50,988 bases of DNA. It comes from Chiloscyllium plagiosum. Its lineage: Eukaryota. The translations under genes were made by a program, and so were the position numbers. Shown here piece after piece: positions 24,531 through 37,394 of the stretch (positions are counted from its first letter, which is position 1; every line of letters starts with the position of its first letter). The stretch is from the NCBI RefSeq assembly GCF_004010195.1, contig NC_057719.1:22824193-22875180 (forward strand). Reading direction: 5' to 3'. A model generated the notes under the pieces. The model was given only the letters and a program-made list of their open reading frames with translations. It was not told the DNA's origin and ran no database searches.

Positions 24531-25929
24531 TCACTTGCTCCTCTGGTATCTTGGATAGCAGTCCCTAGTACCTCAGGGCATGACCCAATTGATAGCCTCC
24601 TGCCCCATCCACAGACATTGGCACTGAATACAAATCAGCCTTTTTGTATCATCATGGCACATCTCTGATCTACTCTTAATATAGTTCTCAATTTCAATTC
24701 TGTACTTTGGAGTGCACCTACACCTTTCATTATAATCCTATTGCCAAGCCACTTTGCATGCTGGGAGAGACACCCATCACATGCATTGAAGCAGGGTGCA
24801 TTCCAGGGCTCTTCACTTGGTTCCTGAGCGCTCACTCATTTGGTGCCTACTTGGATATTTACAGAATCATTGCCTTGCCTTTGTGCACTTTACTTCCTCA
24901 TTTTGAACTGTCAGGCTTACAGTAACACTGTTTTGCCTTGCCTTTTAGTGCAAACAGAAAAACCTGAGAGTTGGTCATGGCTTTTAGCTGTGATCAGTCA
25001 AGAGGATAGACATGTTGGTGTACAATATCATGCAGTATGAATGTCACAACTACAGCATGTGCCAGCAACTCACACAGCGAACACACTGTGCTTTAACCAA
25101 ACAACTATGTTTCTCACACTAAAGGGTGCAGTCCTCAGTAAAGTCAAGGAGGACTGTCATCAGTCAGGAGATCACATCACAGTCAGACAAGGGCAGCATC
25201 TGATCTCAGTCCTGGGATTTGGGCACAGTCACTCAGCCGCTTGAAGCAGTCAGGCACAGACGTTCTGCATCACTATGATACAGAGAGTGGCTACAATCAA
25301 TACAAAAGGTCCAGGGTAATCAGTCAAGGGATTAGTGGTATGTCAGTCACAGAGCTGCATAGATATAAGTCAGGGGTGAGGTCACTTGTCAGTCTGAACT
25401 AGCTTTCCAACTCATTCAGAAGTTCAGGCCAAGGGGGTCTGTTCATTGAAAGTCAAGCAGGTTATCAGAATGTGTTGGGATGCTGGGAAAGTTAATTGTG
25501 GGGTTTGGAGTTGGCATGTTAAGACTCAGGAGGGGGAACAATAGTTGTGACAAGAGGCAACTCAATGTGGAAGATGATTGGAGGATCTGGGTTACTGAAG
25601 AAGGAGGGGTCACTGGTGGCCACCACCATCCTGACTTCAACGGTGCATCACGATGGTTGGCATGTCGAAAGTGTAGGCTCAGGCGTCAAGGAGTAATGCT
25701 GAGATACGACAAGCTAAATAAAAGGGTCGGGTGTGAACCTTTGAAATCTCAGATGCAGTTGACAAGGAATGTCAGGAAGCAAGATTTTGGAGTCACCTCA
25801 ATTAACAGGCTGAGCCTGTGCCTTACAATGTGATGTGTGGCCTGTGTTAGCTCGCTTCAAATTGTAAATGTGCAATGGAAATAGAAAAAGCTTGTTGCTG
25901 CCATAACTACAGTGGTTGGAATAAAAGTT

Positions 25930-26697
25930 TCTTTTCTCTCTTGGCATTCACCTGGCAGAGAATCTCACCTGGTCCCTCAACACCAACTCCATAGACAAGA
26001 AAGCCCAGCAGCATCTCTACTTTCTGAATAGGTTGAGGAAAGCCCATCTCCCATGCCCCATCCTTACCATATTCTACAGAGGGTTCATTGAGAGTACCCT
26101 GAGCTGCTGCATCACTGCACGATTTGTAAATTGCACCATCTTGGATTGTAAGACCTACAGCGGATAATGAGGACAGCTGAGAAGATAATCGAGTCTCTCT
26201 TCCCTCCATTACAGGCATTTAAACCACACGCTGCATCCAAAAGGCTAACGGCATTGTGGATCACCCCACACATCCTTCATTCAAACTCTTCTCCATCCTG
26301 CCATCTGGTTGAAGATACCAGAACATTCTCTGGAATAGTTTCTTCCCCCAAGTCAACAGGCTCCTTAATACTGTATGATCACACTCTATTCCATTGCAAT
26401 TCTTGGATGACTTTTTGAATTGCTGCTAAAATCATGTTTTATTAATGGTTATTCATTATTACACTGTAATTTGTCCACCACTGTGCCTATTGCCTTGTCT
26501 TGTCAGGAATTACTGTGCTTCTTGCATGTTTTGCACTTCTCTATGCACTTTATGCTGCTCTGTGTATGACTATACTCTGGTATAGTCTGTGTGTTCATAA
26601 AGCACCTTGGTCTTGGAGGAACGCTGTCTCGTTTTTATTGTACCTTCTATATATGGTAGAAATGACAAATAAAATCACTCTACTCTCTCTCTCTACT
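25930..26697 (+). mobile_element. Rex1/Babar-clade LINE 3' fragment
   Basis: Translates LGIHLAENLTWSLNTNSIDKKAQQHLYFLNRLRKAHL...FYRGFIESTL, then RTAEKII; 3' end GAAATGACAAATAAA + simple-repeat tail. Confidence 0.8.
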
Positions 26698-26794
26698 TGT
26701 GAATGATGTGAGACCTTTCAAGAGGCAACTACACAGCACTTACACAGTACAGGTTAAATAAGGAGGTAATAATGGAATCCTCCATGGGAAAAGA

Positions 26795-26910
26795 GGACTG
26801 TTGACGTGCAGTGGTAGTGTCCCTACCTTTAAGCCAGGAGGTTAAGGTTCAGGGTTCACTTGCTCCAGAGGTGTGTAGTAACATATCTGAACAGGTTGAT
26901 TAAAAATAAC
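26795..26910 (+). mobile_element. Short tRNA-derived SINE
   Basis: GTGCAGTGGTAGTGTCCCTACC head, GGTTCA box B-like motif, A-rich end. Confidence 0.55.
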
Positions 26911-27367
26911 TATTAAAAATATCCACGTAAAACATATGCAGTGAGTATGTAAGGTACAAATCCTGACCAAGCAATTTTCACCTAGTCATTGTTCAACGCA
27001 AGTTGACCACCATCACATCTGAGAAACAGAAGTGATCACATGTTGTAATAAGCAAATCATCTTGTCATGCAGCTGTTTTCATCAATAGCAAACATCCATT
27101 ATTGTATAAGTCGTTTGTTAACATCAGCAACACATCTTAGAAGTCTGCATCAGGTACCTTGGAAACTTTTCCTCTTCATTTTCTTCCCATTACATGTTTG
27201 TGAAGCACTCTCCATGGCTGGCAGAGATTAACTGGGTGTATACAGTTAGGCTTTAACTGAAGGGTTGGTAGCGGAAATCCTAGAAGGTCCTGGCAGTCAT
27301 GTGTACTTCCACCTCTGGAAGGGGCAAGGTGGTGCCAAAGTAGTACCAGAAAGGGCATGGTGTATGA

Positions 27368-27566
27368 GGTAAAAACAATGACTGCAGATGCTGGAAACCA
27401 GATTCTGGATTAGTGGTGCTGGAAGAGCACAGCAGTTCAGACAGCATCCAAGGAGCTTCGAAATCGACGTTTCGGGCAAAAGCCCTTCATCAGGAATGAC
27501 ATTCTGATTCCTGATGAAGCGCTTTTCCCGAAATGTCGATGGTCCTGCTGCCCGGATGCTGTTTGA
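27368..27566. mobile_element. PLE-derived back-to-back double-hammerhead insertion (copy 1)
   Basis: Cores at 27466-27493 (-) and 27511-27537 (+); spacer GACATTCTG; TSD ATGGTGTATGA (27357-67, 27577-87). Confidence 0.85.
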
Positions 27567-28365
27567 ACAATGGTGGATGGTGTATGAACAATGAGGTGGG
27601 CAGATGAAAATGAGAACTCACAGATAGAAACTTTCCATGGGACTCCCTGAAGTTGATACTTATCTATATTTTTGGTAAAATTTTGTCCATAGTTTGTCCC
27701 TTAAAAAGAATGTGGTACAGTTCAGGGAAAACTCAATTGCCCTTGGTGTGAAATAGGAGTGTTTATTTAGAAATCAACAGTTTAGTAAAGAAATATGAAA
27801 GTACAAGCATTCTGCTTCATGAGTATTTGTGTAAGGGGTTTTTACAATTCACAGGACATAACTGAAGAGAAAGAGAGAAATCAAACTGCAAGATTTTACA
27901 TTGGTAGTTTCTGTGAATTTGAATATCTATAAAATGATAGTGTAGACAAGACTCTGTTTCGTTGTATATTTTGTGTTCTATAATTATATAAGTTGGTTTG
28001 GTTTTGTTTTACTTTTCATTTTTTTGTGCAATAAACATCTATTTTACTGAGAAAGAAAAGATATATGTAACTATGTTTCAGTGAATGACCACTCGATGAA
28101 ACCTTTTAAAAATCTCTTAATTCAGATTTCGTTCTGGGATTTAGGTTGTACAGTTGTTCAGATTGTTCCTATTGTGTCTTTAATATTGCCATCTGGGCCA
28201 AGAAGAGCACTCTTGGGAAGTCACACAGAAGCTTTAGGCTTCCCTTCATCCTCCCACACACCATTCCCCAATCTGTTCATTACTTTCAACTCCTCCCCAC
28301 ACCTGGCTGCTTCTCACACCTTTCTCAAAGCTGAGGAACTGGAGTAGGCCAGTCAGTCCCTCAAG

Positions 28366-28581
28366 GCGAAAGTGAGGACTGCGGATGCAGGAGATTAGGG
28401 TGAAGGGTGTGGTGCTGGAAAAGCACAGCAGGTCAGGCAGCATCCGGGCAGCAGGAACATTAACATTTCGGGAAAAGAGCTTCATCAGGAATCAGAATGT
28501 CATTCCTGATGAAGGTCTTTTGCCCGAAACATCAATTTTCCAGCTCCTCAGATGCTGCCTGACCTGCTGTGCTTTTCCAAA
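28366..28581. mobile_element. PLE-derived back-to-back double-hammerhead insertion (copy 2, core inverted), inside a CR1 3' tail remnant
   Basis: Spacer CAGAATGTC (28493-28501); TSD CAGTCCCT[C/G]AAG (28354-65, 28582-93). Confidence 0.85.
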
Positions 28582-28785
28582 CAGTCCCTGAAGCCTGTAC
28601 CACCATTCAATGAGACCATGGCTAATCTGCAGTCTAATTCCATACACTGACTACTGTATGGATCTCCAGATAAGTCCTCTTGCCTGCAACCTTCAGTTTG
28701 TGCCCTCCTCTCACATAATACACATGGCTGGCTTTGGGGATAATTGCTAATGTGGTGGAATGACCAATATTCTGGTAAAAATGGC

Positions 28786-28890
28786 TCGGGCAAAAGCTCT
28801 GATGAAGGGCTTTTGCCCAAAACGTTGATTTTTCCTGCTCCTCAGGTGCTGCCTGACCTGCTATGCTTTTCCAGCACCACACTCTCGACT
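28786..28890 (+). mobile_element. Short PLE terminus with mutated hammerhead core
   Basis: CTGATGAAGGGCTTTTGCCCAAAACGTTG followed by the family tail; tiny inverted piece TCGGGCAAAAGC in front. Confidence 0.8.
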
Positions 28891-29854
28891 AAAAATTGAT
28901 CTTAAAGATCCAAATTACTAGGATTCCACTTTTCCAGATTTCCCAAATACTCTGTGTACTTTGCTGCTTGCAAGTACTTTACTGATTCTATATTTAAGTT
29001 GAGGCCTTTTTATTAGGGATGTTGTAGAAACACAGATTTCCTCCATTTATATGTCTGACAAAGTAATAAAAACAATTTACAATTATAGCCCATGTAGTTA
29101 ACTATCACAGAGACCTTGGGATGAACAGTCTTCTTGAATTGTGCAAAATTCTTAGATTTATTGTTTCATATCGATAGATCATATTTTTGGAGATATAATT
29201 TATTGGGAACAAAAACCCAGACAAACTATATTGCTCTTACCCTGACAGTTGTAAAATGAATGTTCCATTAGTGGTTAGGATGTATAAACTACCCTGGATA
29301 GGCCAGAATCATGCTGCAAATAGAGGAAGTCAGTATGTTAAAGATTGCAGAATGGATTAATTCAACATATAGTCTGATTCTGAACTCCACACAGTCTATA
29401 ATTCTGTTATTCCAATTTGCTTATGTCTGAGACTGAGGCTGATAAAGATTGCAGGGCGTTTGTTTGTTGGCAAACATTAACTTTTATTTAACACAGTTAA
29501 TCGGAACTAAGTACACAACATTACTTTATACAAGGCTTCTCGTGAGAACCATTCAAGAATAGTCAAATAATTTTAAGTCATGTCCCTTCTGATACAGACT
29601 ATCTTTATTTATATGCTATATTAACCTTTTACACTACAAAGGAGGATAAGCCTATGTTTTATTTTTGACCAGCAGTGAATGCAATGTCATGTTTCAATGA
29701 CCTTGGTGGTGATGATGTTATCATTGGTGGCAGCATTTATTAGAAATATAGAATCTTCTCACTATGAAATAGGCTATATGCCTTTTTCTGAATCTCCTGA
29801 ATCGTTTTTGAAGTTAAAACATATGAAAGAACTGAAATCAACATGTTCATTGTA

Positions 29855-30087
29855 AAAGGTGAGAACTTTAGCAAACAATCCAGGTCTTTTTCAATAATTT
29901 CAGTTATATCACGCTGTAAACTTTTTGCTATAAGTTCTATGTCTTACAATCTTATACACCACAACAACCTGATGAAGGAGCAGAGTTCCGAAAGCTAGTT
30001 GGACTATTAAACCTGTTGGACTATAACCTGGTATTGTGTGATTTGTAACTTTGTACACCCCAGTCCAACACTGGCTCCTCCAAATAC
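29855..30087 (+). mobile_element. Terminus of a second PLE family
   Basis: Hammerhead core followed by AAACCTGTTGGACTATAACCTGGT...CAGTCCAACAC; 5' boundary uncertain. Confidence 0.7.
29965..30001 (+). ncRNA. Minimal type I hammerhead ribozyme motif
   Basis: Stem I CAAC/GTTG, core CTGATGA, stem II GGAGC/GTTCC, GAAA, palindromic AGCT, cleavage triplet CUA. Confidence 0.65.
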
Positions 30088-30692
30088 TGAATCTTTGAGA
30101 GAGCTATGCAACTAATTCCCCTCCTGTGCTCTTTTCTGCAAGCTCTGAAAATGTTCCTATTTAAAAATATATATCTAAATTCCTCTTCAAACTTACCATT
30201 AATCAGACTTTCACTGCCCAGTCCTATGGTTATACCATCATGCTGTATAAAAACATCTTCCATCTCTGTACAATGGTGCCTGTTTCTTTTGTTCATTGTC
30301 TTAAATCAGTACTATCTATGTTTTGACCTTCCTGATAATGGAAAGAGATTTTCCCTATCAAAACTTTTGTTATTTTGAGTAAAATGTTAAATCTCTACTA
30401 AACATTATTCCCCAATAGATTACAATCTATTCTCACCACTAAACTAATCCTTCCTAAAGTGTGGTGCACAGAATTTGACATAAGACTCAAGCTGGGTCCC
30501 AATCAGTGTTCCATAAAGTTTGTTAAATTCCTTGTGATTGGTTTCTGCACTTTTATTTATAAGGGCACATGGACCATAGATCCTTCTTTTCAATAGGAGG
30601 ATGGAACATAAATGGAATTTATTATGGATTGTCCAGTGCAAACCATTAGAGGACAATGGCGATAATTTTGACTTTGGCTTATAGAGTGAAAC

Positions 30693-30990
30693 AAAGGGGA
30701 GTCCAGAACTAGGGGGCATAGGTTTAGTATTAGAGAGGAAAAATTTAAAAGGGACCTCAGGGATAACTTTTTCACGCAGAGGATGGTACGAGTATGGAAT
30801 GAGCTGTGAGTGGAAGCTGGTACAATTACAACATTTAAAGGCATCTGGATGGGTATATGAATAGGAAGGGTTTCGAGGGATGTGGGCCAAGTGCTGGCAA
30901 ATGGGACTAGACTAGTTTAGGATATTGGTTGGCATGGATGAGTTTGACCGAAGGGACTGTTCCCCTGCTGTACATCTCTATGACTCTATA
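30693..30990 (+). mobile_element. CR1 3' end
   Basis: ESRTRGHRF-type coding remnant; CTCTATGACTCTA tail. Confidence 0.9.
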
Positions 30991-31127
30991 ATTAATATTG
31001 CTTCACTTCACAATGGATATCTATCCCATTGAAACAAAGAGAGTTATTGTAGGTGAAATCTTCCAAGCCTAAGGGTGGCAGGCTTGGATGTGTGAAATTA
31101 ATTTCATTAGGTGGGCTGGTAGAACGA

Positions 31128-31570
31128 TTTGAGCTATAGGGAGAGGCTGAACAAGCTTGGGCTGTTTTCCCTGGAACATCAGAGGCTGAGGGGTGACCAT
31201 ATAGCAGTTTACAAAATCATAAGGGGCATGGATAGGGTAAATAGATAAAGTCTTTTCCCTGGGATCGGGGAGTCCAGAACTAGAGGGCATAGGTTTAAGG
31301 TGAGAGGGGAAAGATATAAAAGAGACCTAAGGGGCAACTTTTTCACACAGAGGGTGGTATGTGTATGGAATGAGCTGCCAGAGGAAGTGGTGGAGGCTGG
31401 TACAATTGCGACATTTAAAAGGCATTTGGATGGGTATATGAATAGGAAGGGTTTGGAGGGATGTGGGCCAGGTGCTGGCAGGTGGGACTAGATTGGTTTG
31501 GGATGTCTGGTTGGCATGGACAGGTTGGACCGAAGGGTCTGTTTCCATGCTGTGCATCTCTATGACTCTA
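31128..31570 (+). mobile_element. CR1 3' end
   Basis: RGNFFTQRVVCVWNELPEEVVEAG; CTCTATGACTCTA tail. Confidence 0.92.
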
Positions 31571-31928
31571 CGACGTGTGAATAGTGCCACATTCCTGCTT
31601 TCACCCTAGTTAAGTTCTATGCTGAAGACACAGCTTCCATCCTCCCATACTGTTGCCAACTGAGGCACTTGGTCAATTAATGACTACTTATAGTCCTGTC
31701 CTGCTTCCGATTCATCAGCAGCTCACAGTTGGAACTTTTCTCATCCAATGTCCTAACTCTGACACAAGGTCTGTCAGCAGCCAATCAACTGCCTGATTGC
31801 TGGCAGGTCCAGTGGACTTTTTGAACCTCAGCAGATTTCTGTCCTGAAATCTCTGCTGTCAAAATTATCTCCAGCTTTAGTGAGCAGGAATCAGGTGTCA
31901 TCTGTTCAAATAAACTGCTGACACTCAC

Positions 31929-32081
31929 CATAGTTAGCAACATAGAGATCAGAAAGTACAGTATTGATTGTTTTGAAAATACAAACAAATGTATCAAATG
32001 TTGGTGACAAATCATATCATAATCTGAATCAGCCATGAAATAATTCTCAAGCATGATAGTGCTAAAAGTGTAAAGTTGATT
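31929..32081 (-). other. Candidate 153-bp internal exon of an unidentified gene
   Basis: Acceptor CCTGCTTTTGTCTTGTCTTGCAG, donor ATG|GTGAGT, open phase 0-0 frame of 51 codons; no homology recognised. Confidence 0.3.
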
Positions 32082-33308
32082 CTGCAAGACAAGACAAAAG
32101 CAGGTAATTTTACAGCACTATGCTGTTGGTGGGGAGTCTCACCCTGCAGCACTGCTTGAGTTTTGTGAGCATAAGAGCACCGAGGCACTGAGAATAACTG
32201 GACTAAAGCACCAGAACACTGAGACTAACTCTCCAACTACTTCATTATTCCAATACCCATAGCCCTGGAGTTGCAAAATTGTGCCGAATATGAAGCTGTG
32301 AAAGAAATTTGCAACTTAATGGTTAATTCATGGAAACAAAGTGAATTGTTTTATTACAGTGAAAGACAATCAGAGTCCCATGGATACAAGGTCATGCAAT
32401 TTTTACAGATCAAGCAATTACATTGACAGCAAAGGAAGGAACATTCTCAGTTTTCCTTTCACCAAGGCACTGAAGCTAAGTAGGGGCCCCTGATATTATT
32501 ATCCAATAATGATACAAAACTCCTCCTTATTTGGGTGTATAAGCTTTTAACTGAAACATTCAAATTTTATTATGATGCATAGTACGATCTTTTAAGTAAT
32601 ATGCTTAGTTCATGATGTATCAAAATGATTTATTGCAGAAAAGGTATTTTAACTGTTGGGGGCAGACTGATTCTGAAAACTCTGCAAATGTAAGGAAGGT
32701 GATTTTTATAACCACATATTCAGTGTGGGAAAAGGAGGTGGTAAATGTGATCTTTATTGATGACGTGTGTGCGTGTGTGTGAACAAACACACATCTATAT
32801 CGAGATATATTTATTTAAGTCTGATTCAAGCCTCCATCAAACTGCTCTCTATCTTTGTCCATATATAATCAGCAATCTTTGACCTACAGCACCATAAAGA
32901 TTCAGAAAATTGAAGTTTAAGGTTGATGAAAAGGTAAATGATATACCAGCAGTGTCAGCATAGTGTCCTGATAACTGGCTAATAACCAACATGCAGGATG
33001 TCTGATCCAGAGGTTCGATTGCTAACTCTATCTTTGCAGCTAAAGAAATTCAATTTAGCTTATAAATGAATGTCTCAGCATCCAAATTATTTTGAAAACC
33101 TGCCTGGATCATTAGCTCTCTACAAAGCGCAACTATCATCTATAATCAGTTTGGCCTATATGTCCAGAGCGGGACAAAAAAACAGTAAAGAGGAATTAAT
33201 ACCTGGAAATGAATGTTCTAGTCGCATGGGAGCTCTTTTCTGGGAGCTTTTATCAGAATGACAGGTGTGGCATTTGAGGTGAGATTAAATTGACTGGGCC
33301 TGTGTTCA

Positions 33309-33522
33309 GAGTCGAAAAAGTGTAGTGCTGGAAAAACACAGCAGGTCAAGCAGCATCTGAGGAGCAGAAGAATCGACGTTTTGGGCATATGCCCTTCATC
33401 AGGAAGAGCTTATGCCTGAAACGCGATTCTCTTGTTCCTTGGATGCTGCCTGACCTGCTGTGCTTTTCTAGTGCCACACATTTTGACTCTGATCTCCAGC
33501 ATCTGCAGTCCTCACTTTCTCT
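33309..33522. mobile_element. PLE fold-back insertion inside an old CR1 fragment (~33270-33870)
   Basis: 14-bp TSD TGGGCCT[G/A]TGTTCA (33295-308, 33523-36); inverted arms; mutated core on minus. Confidence 0.85.
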
Positions 33523-34103
33523 TGGGCCTATGTTCACTGGAGTTTAGAAGAATGAGAGGGGATCTTACTGAAATATATAAAGCTCTGATATGGCTGGACA
33601 GACTGGATGCAGGACTGGGGTCTGGAATGAGGAGTCATGGTATCAGGATGCGAGATAAACTATTTTGGGTTGAGATGAAGAGAAATGTCCTCATACTAAA
33701 GGAGTGAATGTGCCAAAGTCTCTACAACAGAAGGTTATAGAGGTAGACTCACTGAAGTTAAAGATGGAAAAGTATATGGCATTGAGGTAGAGGATCAGCC
33801 ATGATCATGTAGAATGGCAGAATGTTCCTGTTTAAGACTGAAAGGCCTACTCCTGCTCTATTTTCTAAATTTCTACATTTTCCATGTTTTCCTACTTTGG
33901 ATTGGCAACAAGGCACTTGACCCTAAATTGCCCTCTGATACCTCCAGGTTATATGTTAGTTGAATTATTGAAGACCAGTCACAGCTAAAAATGAATGGCT
34001 GAATAATATTGAGACTTCCAAGCTTATATTTGGGTGACAAACTTTGTGCAATAGGCTGGCAGCCCATCAGCTTTTCCTCCACTGTTGGATGGTTTGGAGC
34101 TGG

Positions 34104-34415
34104 GTCGAGAGTGTGGTGCTGGAAAAGCACAGCAGGTCAGGCAGCATCTGAGGAGCAGAAAGTGAGGTCTGCAGATGCTGGAGATCAGAGATGGAAATGT
34201 GTTGCTGGAAAAGCGCAGCAGGTCAGGCAGCATCTAGGGAACAGGAGAGTCGACATTTCGGGCATAAGCCCTTCATCAGGAAAGGACTGATGAAAGGCTT
34301 ATGCCCAAAACGTTGATTCTCCTGCTCCTCGGATGCAACCTGACCTGCTGTACTTTTCCAGCACCACACTCCCGATGACGATCTCCAGCCTCTATAGTCC
34401 AGACTTTCTCCTGAA
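34104..34415. mobile_element. Composite PLE fold-back (two minus arms + one plus arm)
   Basis: TSD TTGGAGCTGG (34094-103, 34416-25); intact-looking minus core ~34251-34279, mutated plus core ~34287-34315. Confidence 0.8.
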
Positions 34416-34644
34416 TTGGAGCTGGATTTGGATTGCGTTAAATTGTTGACAGAGATTTGATGATAGATGTGCAGTGGCTTTGTTATCCTCTCAATCATTC
34501 AATTTTTAAAGGGCAGACCAAACTGATCACTTCTGAACTGGTCTCAGTGGGTCTGTGCTAATACAGTATCAGTAATTCAGTTTGATTCTGACTGTAATAA
34601 AAGTATAATTGGGTCTACAATAAACCTTGAGAAAAGCACATGTA

Positions 34645-35557
34645 CAGAGGAACCTCGATTATCCGAATATCAATTATCCAAATATCAGATTATCTGAAGG
34701 GGATCTCAAGGTTTCAATAGAAACATTATGTCGAAGAGCCGTTTCAACCCTGATTACATCTTTTGTTTACAGGTACGATGATTATAAACGGACTTGGCTG
34801 ACTGAAATGCTGCCGCGAACAGTCTTGGACAGTCTCGGCACCATCTCCAAATGACTGACCTCTCGCTCTCTCTCTCTCTCCCCCCACACCTTCCCTGGAG
34901 TTCTAGAATATAGAACATAGAACATAGAAGAATACAGCGCAGTACAGGCCCTTTGGCCCTCGATGTTGCTCCGATCCAAGCCCACCTAACCTACACTAGC
35001 CCACTATCCTTCATATGCCTATCCAATGCCCGCTTAAATGCCCATAAAGAGGGAGAGTCCACCACTGCTACTGGCAGGGCATTCCATGAACTATACAGGG
35101 GTGAACCCTAAATCCTCCTTCCCCAGATATCTCTCCAACATTGTCCTGCACAGGGCAGAGGAGGAACCTGTCAAAAGGTTTGTGTGTGCGTGTGTGCGTG
35201 TGCTATTGGGAGACTTAGCCCAGAAAGGCAGCATCAGTCTTACTGTAGGCATACAGTCCGACTTCCCCAGGCCAGGATGGCCAGGGAGGGGGAGGGGGTG
35301 GGTGCAGTGTTGGATGGGGTTGGGGATGGACGGGGGACAGTGTTGGACTGGTTGGGCGAGGGGGCGGTGTTTGACAGTGAAGGCGGACGGTGTTGGGGGC
35401 GGGGGCTCACGCACAGTGTGCTTTTGCTTAATCTCCTGAATAAGGAGAAGACTCCACAGAAAACTCTGAGTCCCAGAGGAAATCAATCAACTGAATAATC
35501 AATTATCCGAGGAAAATAGTGCCCGCCTACCTCGTTCAGATAATCGAGGTTCCCCTG
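34645..35557. mobile_element. Long pogo/Tigger-like non-autonomous DNA transposon containing a CR1 tail
   Basis: TA + CAGAGGAACCTCGATTATC ... GATAATCGAGGTTCCCCTG; subterminal GATTATCCGAA-like repeats; nested minus CR1 3' end ~34904-35092. Confidence 0.85.
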
Positions 35558-35869
35558 TCCTGTAACTTTGCTATCGTGTCCTTGCTTCTCTTCCATTCTG
35601 CTTCTTTGTTCTTTTTTATTTTGTAATCAAATGTTTTCAGATGCATGATGAAAAATTAGATTTGTTCCCAATTTCACATCCCACAAAAGATGCTGATCTT
35701 TACCATATAAATGCAGAATTTATATCCAAAATCACTGTTTAGTGATGCAAAACTGACAGGTCTCTTGGTAATTCCTAAAATTCTGCTTTACAGACTTACA
35801 GCATTATTCATTGTTCTTACAAATTTACTGTGATTGTATAGTACCTTTCCATGAGTGAATGAGGCAGAG

Positions 35870-36545
35870 AGATAAGACTACAAGACAGAAAAGCAGAGGT
35901 AGACCATTCAGACCATCGAGCTTGCTCTGTCATTCAATAAGATCATGGCTGGTCTGATAATCCTCACCTCTGTTTTCCTGCCTTTTCCAATAATCTATGA
36001 TTCCCTTATTGATTAAATATTTGCTGATGTCAGCCTTGAATGCGCTTAACCACCCAGCTTTGAGAGCTCTCTGTGGTAAGAAAACTTCATAAATAAACGT
36101 CCCTCCAAGAGAAAAAAATTCCTCCTCAACTCTATCTTAAGTATAAGACCCCTTACTCAGAGATTATATCCTCTGTTCCTAGATTCTTCCACAAGAAGAA
36201 ACAACCTTTTGTAAATCTACCCTGTAAAGCCCCCCTAAGAATTTTATTTCAATAAGGTCTCTTCTCACTGTTCAATACTCCAGTGAGCAAAGGCACAACC
36301 TCCTCTACCTCTCCTCACAAGAGAATCTCGCTACTTCTGGAATCAACCTAGGGAACATTGTCTAGACCATTTCCAATGCGAATATGTTTTTCACTAAAGA
36401 AGTGGAAAAAACCTGTTCAGAGTATTCAAGCTGTGGTATGACTAATGCCTTGTATGGTTTTTCAAAACCTACCTATTTTGATATTCAATTCACTTTGAAA
36501 TAAAAGCCAACATTCCATTTGCTTTCCCTATTGCCTGCTGAACTT
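35870..36545 (-). mobile_element. CR1 3' fragment
   Basis: ATAAGAC tail, TCATTCAATAAGATCATGGCTG, reverse RT C-terminal motifs. Confidence 0.75.
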
Positions 36546-36789
36546 TTCTTATTTGGAATGATACTGACTTTAAAAGCAGTGAAATTTGGATTACCACAAA
36601 TTTCTTGTGTGCTAAGCTTTGAACCTGATTCCAATCGGTACATATCAGGAACGGACTCTTTCAATTTCTTGTTCATAATATTCTGAACTGATTGAAATTC
36701 CCATAGAAAATACTCACTTCCTCTTTTCCTCTCAGCTATTTAACAACCAAGGTCTTATTTCGAACAATTATATATTTTGATAATTAAAA

Positions 36790-37205
36790 TAATTGCATTT
36801 ATATAGGACCTTTCCCAACCTCAGAACATCCCAAAATGCTTTATAGTTATTGAAGTTCTTCCAGTGTCTGTTGCAATGTTAGAAATGTGACAGCAAAGTT
36901 GCACACAGCAAGCTCCCCAAAGCAACTTTGAGATGAATGATAAAGGGAGATCTCTTTCTGGTGTGCTTGAGGGACTAATATTAATTGTGATGTCAGGAAG
37001 ATTCACCTGCTGTTTTCATACTTTGCAACAGAATCTTTCAACCGCAAGAGAAAATGTACCTTGGCTTATGTTTTTTTTCCTAAAGCGCATCTTTCTTGAG
37101 TGTTGTGCTGAAGTATCAACATAATTTATGTCCTGAAATCTTTGATGAAACACTTGACCCCCAAAACCTGAACCTGAAATGTAAGGAGGCTGCAATGAGC
37201 TAATG
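36790..37205 (-). mobile_element. Deu-domain SINE remnant
   Basis: TTGCATTTATATAG...CATCCCAAAATGCTTTA...TTGCACACAGCAAGCTCCC is the reverse complement of the Deu core and tail. Confidence 0.65.
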
Positions 37206-37394
37206 CTAGTCCCTTGTCCTTTTCAGAACTTTTATTGTTTTTGTTATACATAATGATTTAACTTTTGGTTCTTTCTAGCAGAGCTAATTCATATCGTGCT
37301 TTGTGTTGTCTGTAAATTAATGGCCCTCACAATGTAAGCAAATGTATAATATTAATCAAATGATTGCCAATACTCAAATACATACAACCACAAC

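Noticed and set aside
36594..36683. Possible short minus-strand exon (NIMNKKLKESVPDMYRLE...)
   Set aside because: Weak splice sites; not phase-compatible with the 32081 candidate
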